Assembly: GCA_964416305.1 (NCBI GenBank) | Contig: CAYQDM010000005.1 | Coordinates: 43,797-107,796, forward strand | DNA length: 64,000 nt | Direction: 5' to 3' | Source: an uncultured Acidaminobacter sp. | Lineage (GTDB): Bacteria; Bacillota; Clostridia; Peptostreptococcales; Acidaminobacteraceae | In this document: one piece after another, positions 42,549-52,018 of the stretch | Position numbering within the stretch: position 1 is the stretch's first letter | Layout: each line of letters starts with the position of its first letter | Program-made: the position numbers and the translations under genes | Notes under the pieces: model-generated | Told to the model about the DNA's origin: nothing | Database searches by the model: none | Seen by the model: the letters and a program-made list of their open reading frames with translations, nothing else

Positions 42549-43603
42549 ACATTTTCCTCGCTTTCTTCGACAGACAACCTTTCTCTGCTGATCGACCGCC
42601 TGATCGGAATGAGAATGAGCAGCACTGCCGCTGCGAGCGCTACCGTCATAGAGCCAATGGCACCCTGAATCAGAAAGATGCCGGACAAACCGAGCAGCAC
42701 GCTGATAAAGTACATGGCAAGGACAACTGTCCTCTGATGGTACCCAAGCGACAACAACCTATGGTGCAAATGCCCTTTGTCCGCCTCCATGATAGGCCTG
42801 CCGCTCAAAAATCGCCTGAGAATCGCAAAGGTCGTATCAAAAATTGGTAAGCCGAGCGCCAGAATAGGCGCTGCAAAGACTAGAAATGTCGCGCCTTTGA
42901 TCGAACCGTCAATGGATGTGGCCGCCAGCATAAATCCCAGGAACAGGGATCCCGTGTCCCCCATGAAAATCTTTGCCGGATTGAAGTTATAAGGCAGAAA
43001 TCCGATACAGCTTCCTACTATGAGCACCGTGACAAGGGCCGTCTCAACGCGGCCGTTGACAATGGCGACGTAGGCCAGCGAAGATGCCGCAATAATTGAA
43101 ATCCCTGCAGCAAGGCCATCCAGGCCGTCAATCAGATTGACCGTATTTGTAATGCCCACAATCCAGAAGATCGTAATTGGAAGGCTCAGCATACCCACAT
43201 AAATCATCTCGGACGCACCAAAATAATTCGTCAGAAAGTCGATTCTCGTACCGCTGAAGAACAGGATCAGAGCCGCCACTATCTGAGCCGCCAGTTTGAG
43301 TTTAGCGGAAATAGGCTTCATATCATCAAATACACCCGTCACGACAATAATCAACGATCCGGCCACCAGTCCCATTTCTTTTATTCCGGACATGGAGTTG
43401 AATGCCAGATAGGTTGCCATAAACGCAATAAAAATAGCCAGGCCGCCCAACCTGGGAATGGGCTTGGAATGCACCCTCCGTTCGTCTTTGGGTACGTCAA
43501 TAGCCCCAACTGCATGGGCAACCCGGATTGCTATAGGTGTCATCAGATAACTGATCATGACCGATATAACAAATGGCAGAAACAACATGGACAATAAAAA
43601 CAC
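42536..43603 (-). CDS. tagO: Undecaprenyl-phosphate GlcNAc-1-phosphate transferase (MraY/WecA/TagO family)
   Basis: VFDDMKPISAKLK, NLIDGLDGLA, NFNPAKIFMGDTGSLFLGF. Confidence 0.9.
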   Translation of the reverse strand: MFLLSMLFLPFVISVMISYLMTPIAIRVAHAVGAIDVPKDERRVHSKPIPRLGGLAIFIAFMATYLAFNSMSGIKEMGLVAGSLIIVVTGVFDDMKPISAKLKLAAQIVAALILFFSGTRIDFLTNYFGASEMIYVGMLSLPITIFWIVGITNTVNLIDGLDGLAAGISIIAASSLAYVAIVNGRVETALVTVLIVGSCIGFLPYNFNPAKIFMGDTGSLFLGFMLAATSIDGSIKGATFLVFAAPILALGLPIFDTTFAILRRFLSGRPIMEADKGHLHHRLLSLGYHQRTVVLAMYFISVLLGLSGIFLIQGAIGSMTVALAAAVLLILIPIRRSISRERLSVEESEENVWKE

Positions 43604-43761
43604 CTCTTAAGGGAACGCCGCCTGAAATTACAGGCTAAGCATTCAAATTCAGTCTCATTTTAACATGAAATGACTGACTTGCAATGAGTTCCTTTGTAAT
43701 TGTAAATCTATTGTGACTAAGTCACTCTTATTCATCCAAGTACTTGATCTCCACTTGGAAA

Positions 43762-44250
43762 TCACTCATTTTTTCCCAGGGAATCATCATTTTCAACCCA
43801 TTCACGTTCTACATCCACTACTCTGAAATGGTCGCGGTCATCCCGAATGAGGACACGTGCGATTCCCGCGTTGATGACCAGACGTTTGCACATGCTGCAG
43901 GAGGTGGCGTTTGCTACGTACCGTCCGTCTTCCATCTCAGTGCCCACCAGATAGAGGTCTGCCCCAATCATATCCCGTCTTGCCGCCGAAATAATCGCGT
44001 TCGCCTCAGCATGCACAGAACGGCACTTCTCATACATCTGCCCGCTTGGAATCCCCAGCCTCATCCGTTCGCAGTATCCAAGTTCAATACAGTTGGCTCT
44101 TCCCCTGGGCGCCCCTGTGTACCCTGTCGCTATGATCTCATCATTCTTGACCAGGATTGCACCGTAATTACGTCTGAGACATGTTCCTCTTGCAAGGACA
44201 GTCTCTGCAATATCCAAATAATAATTGGTTTTATCTCGTCTGGTCGCCAT
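43762..44250 (-). CDS. dCMP deaminase (ComEB-type cytidine/deoxycytidylate deaminase)
   Basis: Zinc motifs HAEANAI and the C-terminal CSMCKRLV. Confidence 0.88.
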   Translation of the reverse strand: MATRRDKTNYYLDIAETVLARGTCLRRNYGAILVKNDEIIATGYTGAPRGRANCIELGYCERMRLGIPSGQMYEKCRSVHAEANAIISAARRDMIGADLYLVGTEMEDGRYVANATSCSMCKRLVINAGIARVLIRDDRDHFRVVDVEREWVENDDSLGKNE

Positions 44251-44360
44251 CAGGTACTCCCCCTTTTAAATCCATCCATCCACAGGTGAAAAGGCATTTT
44301 GCCCGCTAAATTCAAGCGTGACTGTTGCCAAGTGCCCAAAGGACGCTTAACCCGCAATGG

Positions 44361-44401
44361 AAAAAAAGGACAGCAGTTGAATTTATGCAACGGACTGTCC
44401 T
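44361..44401 (-). terminator. Rho-independent terminator after upp
   Basis: The minus strand has the GGACAG...CTGTCC hairpin followed by T7. Confidence 0.7.
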
Positions 44402-44432
44402 GACTGAAACTTAATTTTTAAACAGACTTCAA

Positions 44433-45062
44433 CTACTTTGTGCCAAAGAGTCGGTCACCGGCATCACCAAGTCCAGGGACAATATACGCATGGTCATTGA
44501 GTTTTTCGTCAATAGCCGCGACAAAAATATCGACGTCCGGATGTTCGCTGCGAACAGCCGCAATACCTTCCGGGCAGGAGATGATTGAGATCAGTTTGAT
44601 GTTTCTGGCGCCGCGGTTCTTAATGAAGCGAATGGCTGCGCGCGCGGAGCCGCCTGTTGCCAGCATGGGATCCAGAACCAGCAGGTCTCGCTCCGGTACG
44701 TCCGAAGGCAGCTTGCAGTAATACTCGACAGGGTTTAATGTTTCAGGATCTCTATATAGCCCAACATGACCCACCTTTGCAGCTGGCAGCAGAGACAGGA
44801 AACCGTCTACCATGCCAAGGCCGGCTCTGAGAATAGGCACAATGGCGAGCTTTCTGCCCGCGATCGCTTTTCCCTTCATGACGCAGATGGGCGTTTCAAT
44901 TTCAACGTCCTCGAGAGGAAGCTCCCTGGTAACTTCGTAAGCCATGAGCATGGATACTTCCTTGATCAGCTCCCTGAACTCCTTGGCACCTGTATTTTTG
45001 TCCCGGATCAATGTCAACTTGTGCTGAATCAGTGGATGGTTTAGTTCAAATACCTTATTCAT
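44433..45062 (-). CDS. upp: Uracil phosphoribosyltransferase
   Basis: [20 protein letters not shown], the PRPP loop [12 protein letters not shown], and the C-terminal [17 protein letters not shown]. The ATG at 45062 follows GAGGAG. Confidence 0.95.
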   Translation of the reverse strand: MNKVFELNHPLIQHKLTLIRDKNTGAKEFRELIKEVSMLMAYEVTRELPLEDVEIETPICVMKGKAIAGRKLAIVPILRAGLGMVDGFLSLLPAAKVGHVGLYRDPETLNPVEYYCKLPSDVPERDLLVLDPMLATGGSARAAIRFIKNRGARNIKLISIISCPEGIAAVRSEHPDVDIFVAAIDEKLNDHAYIVPGLGDAGDRLFGTK

Positions 45063-45160
45063 TAAGACTCTCCTCTCAAATTGGGCAATTTCGCTATGCG
45101 TCGCCGCAGCCAAAGGCTTCCAAATTTACAAAATTAAATCACGTTGTTTACCGGGACTGC

Positions 45161-45610
45161 TTACTTGGTATATTTTGCCTCTATAGAGGTCAGCAAATCC
45201 ACTCTGCGTTCGTGCCGCCCACCTTCAAAAGGTGTGGAGATGAAAGTTTCAACAATTTTAAGCGCCAGCCCCACACCTACGACACGGCCGCCAAGACTGA
45301 GGATGTTCGCATTGTTGTGGAGTCTCGTCATTTCAGCACTGTAGGTATCTGCGACTACCGCCGCGCGAATTCCCTTCACCTTGTTGGCTGCCATGGCTAT
45401 GCCCTGGCCCGTGCCGCAAACGACTATGCCAAGATCTGCCGCGCCGGTGACGACAGCTTCAGCCACTTTCTCTCCATAAACCGGATAGTCTACCGACGAC
45501 TCGGAGTGTGTGCCAAAATCCGTCACGTTCACGCCTTTTTCTTTCAGGTAATTCAAGATTTCCTCTTTTAATTCAAAACCGCCATGGTCACTGCCAACAG
45601 CTATGTTCAT
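45161..45610 (-). CDS. rpiB: Ribose-5-phosphate isomerase B
   Basis: MNIAVGSDHGGFELKE..., VVCGTGQGIAMAANK. The ATG at 45610 follows GGGGAGG. Confidence 0.93.
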   Translation of the reverse strand: MNIAVGSDHGGFELKEEILNYLKEKGVNVTDFGTHSESSVDYPVYGEKVAEAVVTGAADLGIVVCGTGQGIAMAANKVKGIRAAVVADTYSAEMTRLHNNANILSLGGRVVGVGLALKIVETFISTPFEGGRHERRVDLLTSIEAKYTK

Positions 45611-45689
45611 GTTTGCCTCCCCTGAACCTTTCATCACTTTTATTACAACACTTTCGATTCTATCATACACTATTTTACGACTGTTTTTT

Positions 45690-46811
45690 CTATGACTTTT
45701 GAACTCGGATGATGCGATACCCGGCCGCTTTGATCAGCCTGTTCATGATTGCTTTTCCCAGGCCGCTGTCATCAACGGTTTCGGAGAGCACTACACTCAT
45801 CTTGCCCGCATCAAAGGCGCGCAGCGTCTGAAACAAATTCTGAGCCACCTGATCCAGCCGGTGAATGCTGCCAAGAGACAGGACTTCGCCGCTGCCCGCA
45901 TAGACGCCCACACGCTCATCAAAAGTCATGATGCCAACGCGCCTGCCTTCTCGGGTGTACTCAGCAGCCCGCTTCAAAATCTCAGCTGCGACCGCTTCCG
46001 GATCGCCCTCAAACAGGATCACTTCCGCATCAGGCGAATAGTGCGTGTATTTCATGCCGGGAGAACGCGCTGCCTCACCCTCGCGAATTTTTCGGTCAAC
46101 CGCTTCATCATACTTTCCCGAGCCTGCTGCACCGCGAATCATTTCAAGGGTGATTCCGCCCGGCCTGAGTATGACAGGCTCTTCGCCCGTGACATCCACC
46201 ACCGTGGATTCCAGCCCAATTTCACTGAGCTCCCCGCACAGGATGCACGCCACTCTGCCGTCCAGGTCCCGAATCACATCTTCACACCGGGTCGGACTCG
46301 GCTTTCCTGAGAGATTTGCGCTGGGCGCCGCCACTGGCACCCCGCTCAGCCGGATCAGCCGCCTCGCCAACTCGTGAACCGGCATACGCACCGCAACGGT
46401 GTCCAGCCCGGCAGTCACCTCTGCCGGTACTTCAGGCCGCTTTTTCATGACCAGGGTCAACGGACCCGGCCAAAAGGCCGCCATCAGCGTCTCCGCCAGC
46501 GGCGACACGTCTTCAACCAGACCTTTCAGTGCGTCAAGGTCTGCAATGTGAACAATCAACGGGTTGTCTGAGGGTCGTCCTTTCGCCTCAAAAATTTTAA
46601 GGATAGCCGATGGTTTCAGCGCATTCCCCCCCAGCCCATAGACGGTTTCCGTGGGAAAAGCCACCGTTTCTCCCTCCCGAAGGAGCTCAGCGGCGAGAAG
46701 GAGCTCTGCGTCAGAAATGACGGCGCAGTCCAAACCCAGGATCAGCGTATTGGAGGCCATGTCACCATCGGCAAAAAACGTGTCCTGCGCGCTTTTATCT
46801 GCCTGCTTCAC
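45690..46811 (-). CDS. tsaC: L-threonylcarbamoyladenylate synthase (Sua5/YwlC type, TsaC domain + Sua5 C-terminal domain)
   Basis: PTETVYGLGGNA, KGRPSDNPLIVH, SANLSGKPSPT. The GTG start overlaps the selU stop (GTGA). An internal ATG at 46760 is possible. Confidence 0.88.
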   Translation of the reverse strand: MKQADKSAQDTFFADGDMASNTLILGLDCAVISDAELLLAAELLREGETVAFPTETVYGLGGNALKPSAILKIFEAKGRPSDNPLIVHIADLDALKGLVEDVSPLAETLMAAFWPGPLTLVMKKRPEVPAEVTAGLDTVAVRMPVHELARRLIRLSGVPVAAPSANLSGKPSPTRCEDVIRDLDGRVACILCGELSEIGLESTVVDVTGEEPVILRPGGITLEMIRGAAGSGKYDEAVDRKIREGEAARSPGMKYTHYSPDAEVILFEGDPEAVAAEILKRAAEYTREGRRVGIMTFDERVGVYAGSGEVLSLGSIHRLDQVAQNLFQTLRAFDAGKMSVVLSETVDDSGLGKAIMNRLIKAAGYRIIRVQKS

Positions 46812-47848
46812 TTGTCCGTCACCGCCTGCTGCTCATACCACCGGCGGATTTCCTGCGCAGCGTCCTGAACGGACTCAACCCAGACTTTGAGGTCATAGTC
46901 GTACTGGACTGAGGTGTATTCATATTTCGGATCATAATAACGTTCCATCAGCACCCTGGCCACCGGGCCATAATCGTCCGACCGGATCAGCATCTCAAAT
47001 TGGTTCACGGTTTCATTGCCGAGATGCTTTCTGAAGTTGTCCATAACCGCCAGAAGCTCTTGCTTGGAGCCCTCGAGCCGCGTGTATTCCCTGACAATTT
47101 CCTGCTCTCTGAACCACATTGGGGCATCGACGAAGATATGTCTGCCGCGGCGCATTCCGGCCAGCACCGCATCGTCAATATTGACCCGGCCAAGGCGTTT
47201 GCTTTCCGCCTCGACGAACACGTCACCGCTCCTCGAGCCCTTCAGAGCCCTGTACAGACGGTCCTCGAAGGTCTTCTGAGACGGCTGCGGCTCCAGCCCA
47301 ACACGTCCAAGCATCGAGCCTCTGTGGTGTGCGAGGGCCTCTATGTCAACGACATCCAGGCCTTCTTCCTCCAGCCGGTTGAGAATCAGGGTCTTGCCAA
47401 CGCCTGTGTTGCCGTGGAGCACAATAAACCGCCGCGTCTCACTCAACTCATGGAGCGCCTGCAGCAAATATTGGCGATATGCTTTATATCCGCCCTCAAT
47501 GACGCAGACGTTATGCCCGATCGCCCTCAGCAAACTGGCGAAGCTTTGGGAGCGCATGCCGCCCCTGGCGCAGAACATGGCTACAGGGCGCCCGGTCGCT
47601 TCAATGGACAGAAAATGCTCGTAAAGCTCCGGCAGTTGGGCAGACACGGCTTTTATGGCACGCCGCTTGGCGTCTAAAACGCTTTGCTTTTTGTAAGCCG
47701 TTCCCACCTCTGCGCGCAATTCGTCTCCAAATATTGGGAGATTGATAGCTTCTCCTATTGTGCCTTCTCTGAACTCAGCTGGCGATCTGACATCAATCAG
47801 CTGCCAGTCATCCTCAACCTGCTCATAAGGCATCCACATTTCTCTCAT
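46808..47848 (-). CDS. selU: tRNA 2-selenouridine synthase
   Basis: N-terminal rhodanese domain (LIDVRSPAEF, catalytic CARGGMRS) followed by the P-loop GNTGVGKT. Confidence 0.85.
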   Translation of the reverse strand: MREMWMPYEQVEDDWQLIDVRSPAEFREGTIGEAINLPIFGDELRAEVGTAYKKQSVLDAKRRAIKAVSAQLPELYEHFLSIEATGRPVAMFCARGGMRSQSFASLLRAIGHNVCVIEGGYKAYRQYLLQALHELSETRRFIVLHGNTGVGKTLILNRLEEEGLDVVDIEALAHHRGSMLGRVGLEPQPSQKTFEDRLYRALKGSRSGDVFVEAESKRLGRVNIDDAVLAGMRRGRHIFVDAPMWFREQEIVREYTRLEGSKQELLAVMDNFRKHLGNETVNQFEMLIRSDDYGPVARVLMERYYDPKYEYTSVQYDYDLKVWVESVQDAAQEIRRWYEQQAVTDK

Positions 47849-47943
47849 TTTCTTTCACCTGCTTTCATGACCTACCGCAAAAATGCGACAGGCGGGTCAT
47901 GGCTTTGGTTAAAACGCCACCACCCGGCTGTCGCAGTTTCAAA

Positions 47944-49014
47944 TTATTCTTCCATGGTTTTCATAGCTTCAGCCTGATAATGAGTAATCAAAGCATCCAC
48001 CATTTCCTCTATTTCTCCCGCCATATAGGCGTCTATTTTGTAGACGGTCATACCTATGCGGTGATCCGTAATCCGCCCCTGAGGGAAGTTGTACGTCCTG
48101 ATTTTGCCGCTTCGGTCACCCGTACCGACCTGACTTTTGCGCTCCTCGGCAATTTCGGCGTTTTGTTTGGAAAGCTCCGCCTCATAAAGACGCGCTTTCA
48201 GGATCTGAATAGCCTTTTCCTTATTGGAGAGCTGTGACTTGCCATCCTGGCAGGAAACAACCATGCCGGTCGGCAAATGCGTGACCCTGACCGCAGAGTC
48301 GGTCGTGTTGACGCTCTGGCCGCCGTTGCCGGAGGAGCGGAAAACGTCAATTCGGAGGTCATTTGGATTGATATCGACTTCGACATCATCCACCTCAGGC
48401 AGTACAGCGACGGTTGCCGTTGACGTATGAATCCGTCCGGCAGACTCAGTGGCCGGCACGCGCTGAACTCTGTGAACACCGCTTTCATACTTGAGCTGCG
48501 AGTAAGCCCCCTTGCCCTTGATCATGACAGAAGCCTCCCGAATGCCACCGACGCCGCTCTCGGAAGTATTCATCATCTCTACCTTCCAGCGTTTTTTCTC
48601 CGCGAAGCGAATGTAAAGCCTTAAAAGCTCAGCGGCAAAAAGGCCCGCTTCATCACCGCCCGCTCCGGCGCGCACCTCGAGGATGACGTTCTTGTCATCA
48701 TTGGGATCCTTTGGAATCAGCAGCTTGCGGATCTCGGCTTCAATCTCGTCAATCTCAACTTCCAGCTCGGAAAGCTCCATTTTAGCGAGCTCTCTCAGAT
48801 CCTCATCATTCTCTTCCATAAGAATGGTTTTGGCTTCAGCCATACTATTCTTCGCCACTTTATAGGCTCTGTATTTTTCCACGATCGGTGTAATCTCCGC
48901 GTGCTCTTTCATATAGCGCTGCCAGAGCCTCTGATCGTTGATGACTTCCGGGTCAGCCACTTTGGCCGACAAGTCTTCATATTTTTCTTCCAAAAATTCG
49001 AGTTTATCAAACAT
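47944..49014 (-). CDS. prfA: Peptide chain release factor 1
   Basis: The RF1-specific PAT tripeptide (RVPATES) and the GGQ motif (SGNGGQSVN). The start ATG at 49014 ([12 protein letters not shown]) is preferred over the upstream TTG. Confidence 0.95.
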   Translation of the reverse strand: MFDKLEFLEEKYEDLSAKVADPEVINDQRLWQRYMKEHAEITPIVEKYRAYKVAKNSMAEAKTILMEENDEDLRELAKMELSELEVEIDEIEAEIRKLLIPKDPNDDKNVILEVRAGAGGDEAGLFAAELLRLYIRFAEKKRWKVEMMNTSESGVGGIREASVMIKGKGAYSQLKYESGVHRVQRVPATESAGRIHTSTATVAVLPEVDDVEVDINPNDLRIDVFRSSGNGGQSVNTTDSAVRVTHLPTGMVVSCQDGKSQLSNKEKAIQILKARLYEAELSKQNAEIAEERKSQVGTGDRSGKIRTYNFPQGRITDHRIGMTVYKIDAYMAGEIEEMVDALITHYQAEAMKTMEE

Positions 49015-49158
49015 GTTTCTAAAACCCTCTCCCAAAGTTTCTAAGAACTTTGCATAACTTTCCAAGCACCGGATCCTTCATTTTCACCGGATATTTTCAT
49101 TGAGCGTACACCTTTTGCGAGGCGCGGATCACCGCCAATTCAGTGATCCGGTCCTATT

Positions 49159-50049
49159 CTATACAGCCGTTTGACTCTTCACCGCCGTCACTACACGGTC
49201 ATGGCCCTGTAAATCCCGTAAGCATTCTACCTTTTCCCAGACCCCTGCGTCAAGTAAAAATTGTTTAACCGGTTCCGCCTGGTCGTGTCCAATCTCCATC
49301 ACCAAACGCCCGCCGCTCACCAATGGCCTGTGCGCCATAACCGCAAGTCGTCGATACGGCCCGAGCCCATCCGGCCCGCCATCCAGGGCCAGCCGCGGCT
49401 CGTGGACTCTGACCTCCACTTGCAGCGCCTCTATGACCTGGGTCGGGATATAGGGGGGATTGGAGACAATCAACTCGTAGGACGCCGCCTCTTCATCTGC
49501 CAGAAACTCGAACATGTCTGCTTCAATCAGCCTGACGCGCCGTTCAAGGCCAAGCCGCCTGACATTTTCATCCGCTATGGCAAGCGCCTGAGGCGAAAGG
49601 TCGACCGCTGTCACTAAAGCCGCCTCATTGTAATGCGCGATCGACAGCGCGATTGCCCCGCTGCCGGTTCCAAGATCCGCTGCCTTAAAGAAGTCTGCCG
49701 ATGGTCGCGCAAGGCCCAACCCCTTCAAATGCGACAATGCCGTTTCAACCAGCAGCTCAGTATCCTGCCTCGGAATCAGCACACCGGGTCTCACCAGAAA
49801 ATCCAGTCCCATGAACCCCGCATGACCCAGCAGATATTGGAGCGGTTCACCTTTTGCCCTTCGATCGATCAATGCTTCAAACTCCCGAAACATTGGTTCT
49901 TCAAGAGCTGTTTGACTCTCCATGAACAGTTTCAGGCGATCCCAACCGAGCAAATGACACAGCAGGTCTTCCGCTTCCCGAATGGCGTTGTCCGTGACTG
50001 ACGAAAGGGCAGCCCTGGCATTTTCAATGGCGCTATGAACTGAGGACAT
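49159..50049 (-). CDS. prmC: Release-factor glutamine N5-methyltransferase
   Basis: SAM motif DLGTGSGAI and the catalytic NPPY. It lies adjacent to prfA. Confidence 0.92.
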   Translation of the reverse strand: MSSVHSAIENARAALSSVTDNAIREAEDLLCHLLGWDRLKLFMESQTALEEPMFREFEALIDRRAKGEPLQYLLGHAGFMGLDFLVRPGVLIPRQDTELLVETALSHLKGLGLARPSADFFKAADLGTGSGAIALSIAHYNEAALVTAVDLSPQALAIADENVRRLGLERRVRLIEADMFEFLADEEAASYELIVSNPPYIPTQVIEALQVEVRVHEPRLALDGGPDGLGPYRRLAVMAHRPLVSGGRLVMEIGHDQAEPVKQFLLDAGVWEKVECLRDLQGHDRVVTAVKSQTAV

Positions 50050-50974
50050 TCGCCTCAGCTCCTTCTATTTCCAGTACTTTGTGAAGTGCCGCAAGCGCGA
50101 CTTCAAGCTGACGGTCGTCCGGCTCTTTGGTAGTCAGTTTCTGCATCATTAAGCCCGGATAGCTGACCGCCCTTACAAGAAAACTGTCACTCTTGCCTGC
50201 CCACTTGATAATTTCATAGGAAATGCCCGCTATGACCGGCAATAACAGCACCTTGAGCGCAATGCGCATAAGGAGGTTTGACCAGCTGATAAACGAAAAT
50301 ACGATAATGCTGACAGTGAGCACAATAAAGAGAAAGCTGGTACCGCATCGCGGGTGCAGCGTCGTAAACATTCTCGCATGCTCCACGTCCAGCGGCTGGC
50401 CACTTTCAAGGCAGCTGATCGATTTATGCTCAGCGCCGTGGTACTGAAACACCCGCTTGATGTCGCGCATCTGTGAAATTAAAGCGAGATAGGCTATAAA
50501 TACACCAATCTTGATCAGGCCCTCTGCGACTGTCATGACTGTGGTGCTCTCGAGAAAGCCTCCCAAAAATCTTGCAGTCAGTGTTGGCAGGGCGGCAAAC
50601 AGAACAAAAGCCATGATAAAAGCGAAAATCATGGACATCCCAACAATGATGTTGTCTGCTTTGTCTCCAAATTTATCCATAATCCAGCGATCGAATTTGC
50701 TCGGCTCATAGCTTTCATCTGCCTCTGAAAAAACCTCGGCAGAATAGGTCAACGCGCGAACGCCAACGGCCATTGAGGAGATCAAGCCAAAAAAACCTCT
50801 TAGAACTGGTATCTTTCCAATTTTTTGCATCCATGGTTTTGTTTTTAAAGTTTCAACCTTGATGTCAATTTCGCCATCCGGTCTCCGAACAGCGATGGCA
50901 ATCGTTTTGCGGCCTCTCATCATAACGCCTTCAATCAATGCCTGACCGCCAATTGCCGTGTAGTTCTTTTTCAT
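50033..50974 (-). CDS. DUF1385 (YqhQ-like) membrane protein
   Basis: IGGQALIEGVMMRG ... YHGAEHK motif. This is the typical neighbour of prmC/prfA in Firmicutes. Confidence 0.8.
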   Translation of the reverse strand: MKKNYTAIGGQALIEGVMMRGRKTIAIAVRRPDGEIDIKVETLKTKPWMQKIGKIPVLRGFFGLISSMAVGVRALTYSAEVFSEADESYEPSKFDRWIMDKFGDKADNIIVGMSMIFAFIMAFVLFAALPTLTARFLGGFLESTTVMTVAEGLIKIGVFIAYLALISQMRDIKRVFQYHGAEHKSISCLESGQPLDVEHARMFTTLHPRCGTSFLFIVLTVSIIVFSFISWSNLLMRIALKVLLLPVIAGISYEIIKWAGKSDSFLVRAVSYPGLMMQKLTTKEPDDRQLEVALAALHKVLEIEGAEANVLSS

Positions 50975-51585
50975 AATGACGCCTCACTTCTTTGATGCTC
51001 ATAGGCATCCCTTAGACCAAAGTAACATTTGGGACACAGTGACTGATACTCGACTTGATCCAAGCCGTCGATGGCAACCTGTTCCCCTTCGAAAACAAAT
51101 CTGCCGTTAATTTTTCTTCCATTTAATAAGGCTTTTTTTCCACAGGTACAAATGGTCTTGAGTTCTTCGATGCTGTGGGCCAAGAGCAGCAATCGCCCGC
51201 TGCCTTCAAACCCCTCCATTCTGAAGTCAGTTCTCAGGCCATAGCAGATCACCGGAATTCCTCCTTTGACCGCTATTTCAAAGAGATCATCCACCTGTGC
51301 TTTTTTAAAAAACTGAACCTCATCCGCCAGGATACAGTCGACCCTGCCATGCTGATCCATCCAATTTTCGACTTCGTTTATAATGGAAGCTTCCGGCGGG
51401 ATCCAAAGATCGACTTCTCTGGAGAATCCCAGCCTCGAAACAACAGTATTCGCGCCTTTCAAGTCTGTCTGTGGTTTTAAGATCATGACCCTCATGCCGC
51501 GTTCTTCATAATTGTAGGCGACCTGTAGCAAGTTGGTGGACTTGCCGCAGTTCATGGCCCCATATCTGAAATACAGTTTGCTCAT
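50971..51585 (-). CDS. tdk: Thymidine kinase
   Basis: P-loop GAMNCGKST, ILADEVQFF, and a C-terminal zinc ribbon (CTCGKKA...CPKC). Confidence 0.93.
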   Translation of the reverse strand: MSKLYFRYGAMNCGKSTNLLQVAYNYEERGMRVMILKPQTDLKGANTVVSRLGFSREVDLWIPPEASIINEVENWMDQHGRVDCILADEVQFFKKAQVDDLFEIAVKGGIPVICYGLRTDFRMEGFEGSGRLLLLAHSIEELKTICTCGKKALLNGRKINGRFVFEGEQVAIDGLDQVEYQSLCPKCYFGLRDAYEHQRSEASL

Positions 51586-51610
51586 GCTCTATTAGAAACC
51601 TCCCGAATAG

Positions 51611-51641
51611 TAAAACAGGTTAGAGATTTCCATCTCTAACC
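51611..51641 (-). terminator. Hairpin/terminator after rpmE
   Basis: GGTTAGAGAT / ATCTCTAACC 10-bp stem followed by TGTTTTA on the minus strand. Confidence 0.55.
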
Positions 51642-51658
51642 CAATTACTGAAGTGATT

Positions 51659-51856
51659 CTATAAGCCATATTTCTGCTTGAATTTGTCTGCTCTACCGCC
51701 GCGCTCAACTTGCTTCTGCGTACCGGTATAATAAGGATGACACTCTGAACAAACTTCGACATGAATTGCCTTGTTAGTCGACTTTGTCTTGAAAGTGTTT
51801 CCGCATGCGCACTTCACTTCAACTTCATTGTAGTTAGGATGAATGCCCTCTTTCAC
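51659..51856 (-). CDS. rpmE: 50S ribosomal protein L31 (Zn-binding type A)
   Basis: MKEGIHPNY...CACGNTF...[10 protein letters not shown]. Confidence 0.97.
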   Translation of the reverse strand: MKEGIHPNYNEVEVKCACGNTFKTKSTNKAIHVEVCSECHPYYTGTQKQVERGGRADKFKQKYGL

Positions 51857-52018
51857 CTACGTTCACCTCTTTCCGATTAGTACTGAGTTCACTTTATAAA
51901 TAATATGAGATTGGTAGCGTTCTGTCAAGCCATTAAATTATAGCACAAGGTCTTTCCTGATGCAAGTCCGCATGATATAGTTATCCTGTATCGAAATATC
52001 CAATCGACCTAAGGGGAG

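Noticed and set aside
44433-45113. Longest-ORF start codons for upp, rpiB, murA, metK, atpA, atpD, prfA, ntpA, kal, etfB, the ADH and the MT-II gene
   Set aside because: In each case an internal ATG, GTG or TTG lies 5-10 nt downstream of a strong GGAGG-like RBS. That internal start also reproduces the family-typical N-terminus, and the upstream extension contains the RBS itself. Shorter coordinates are reported.
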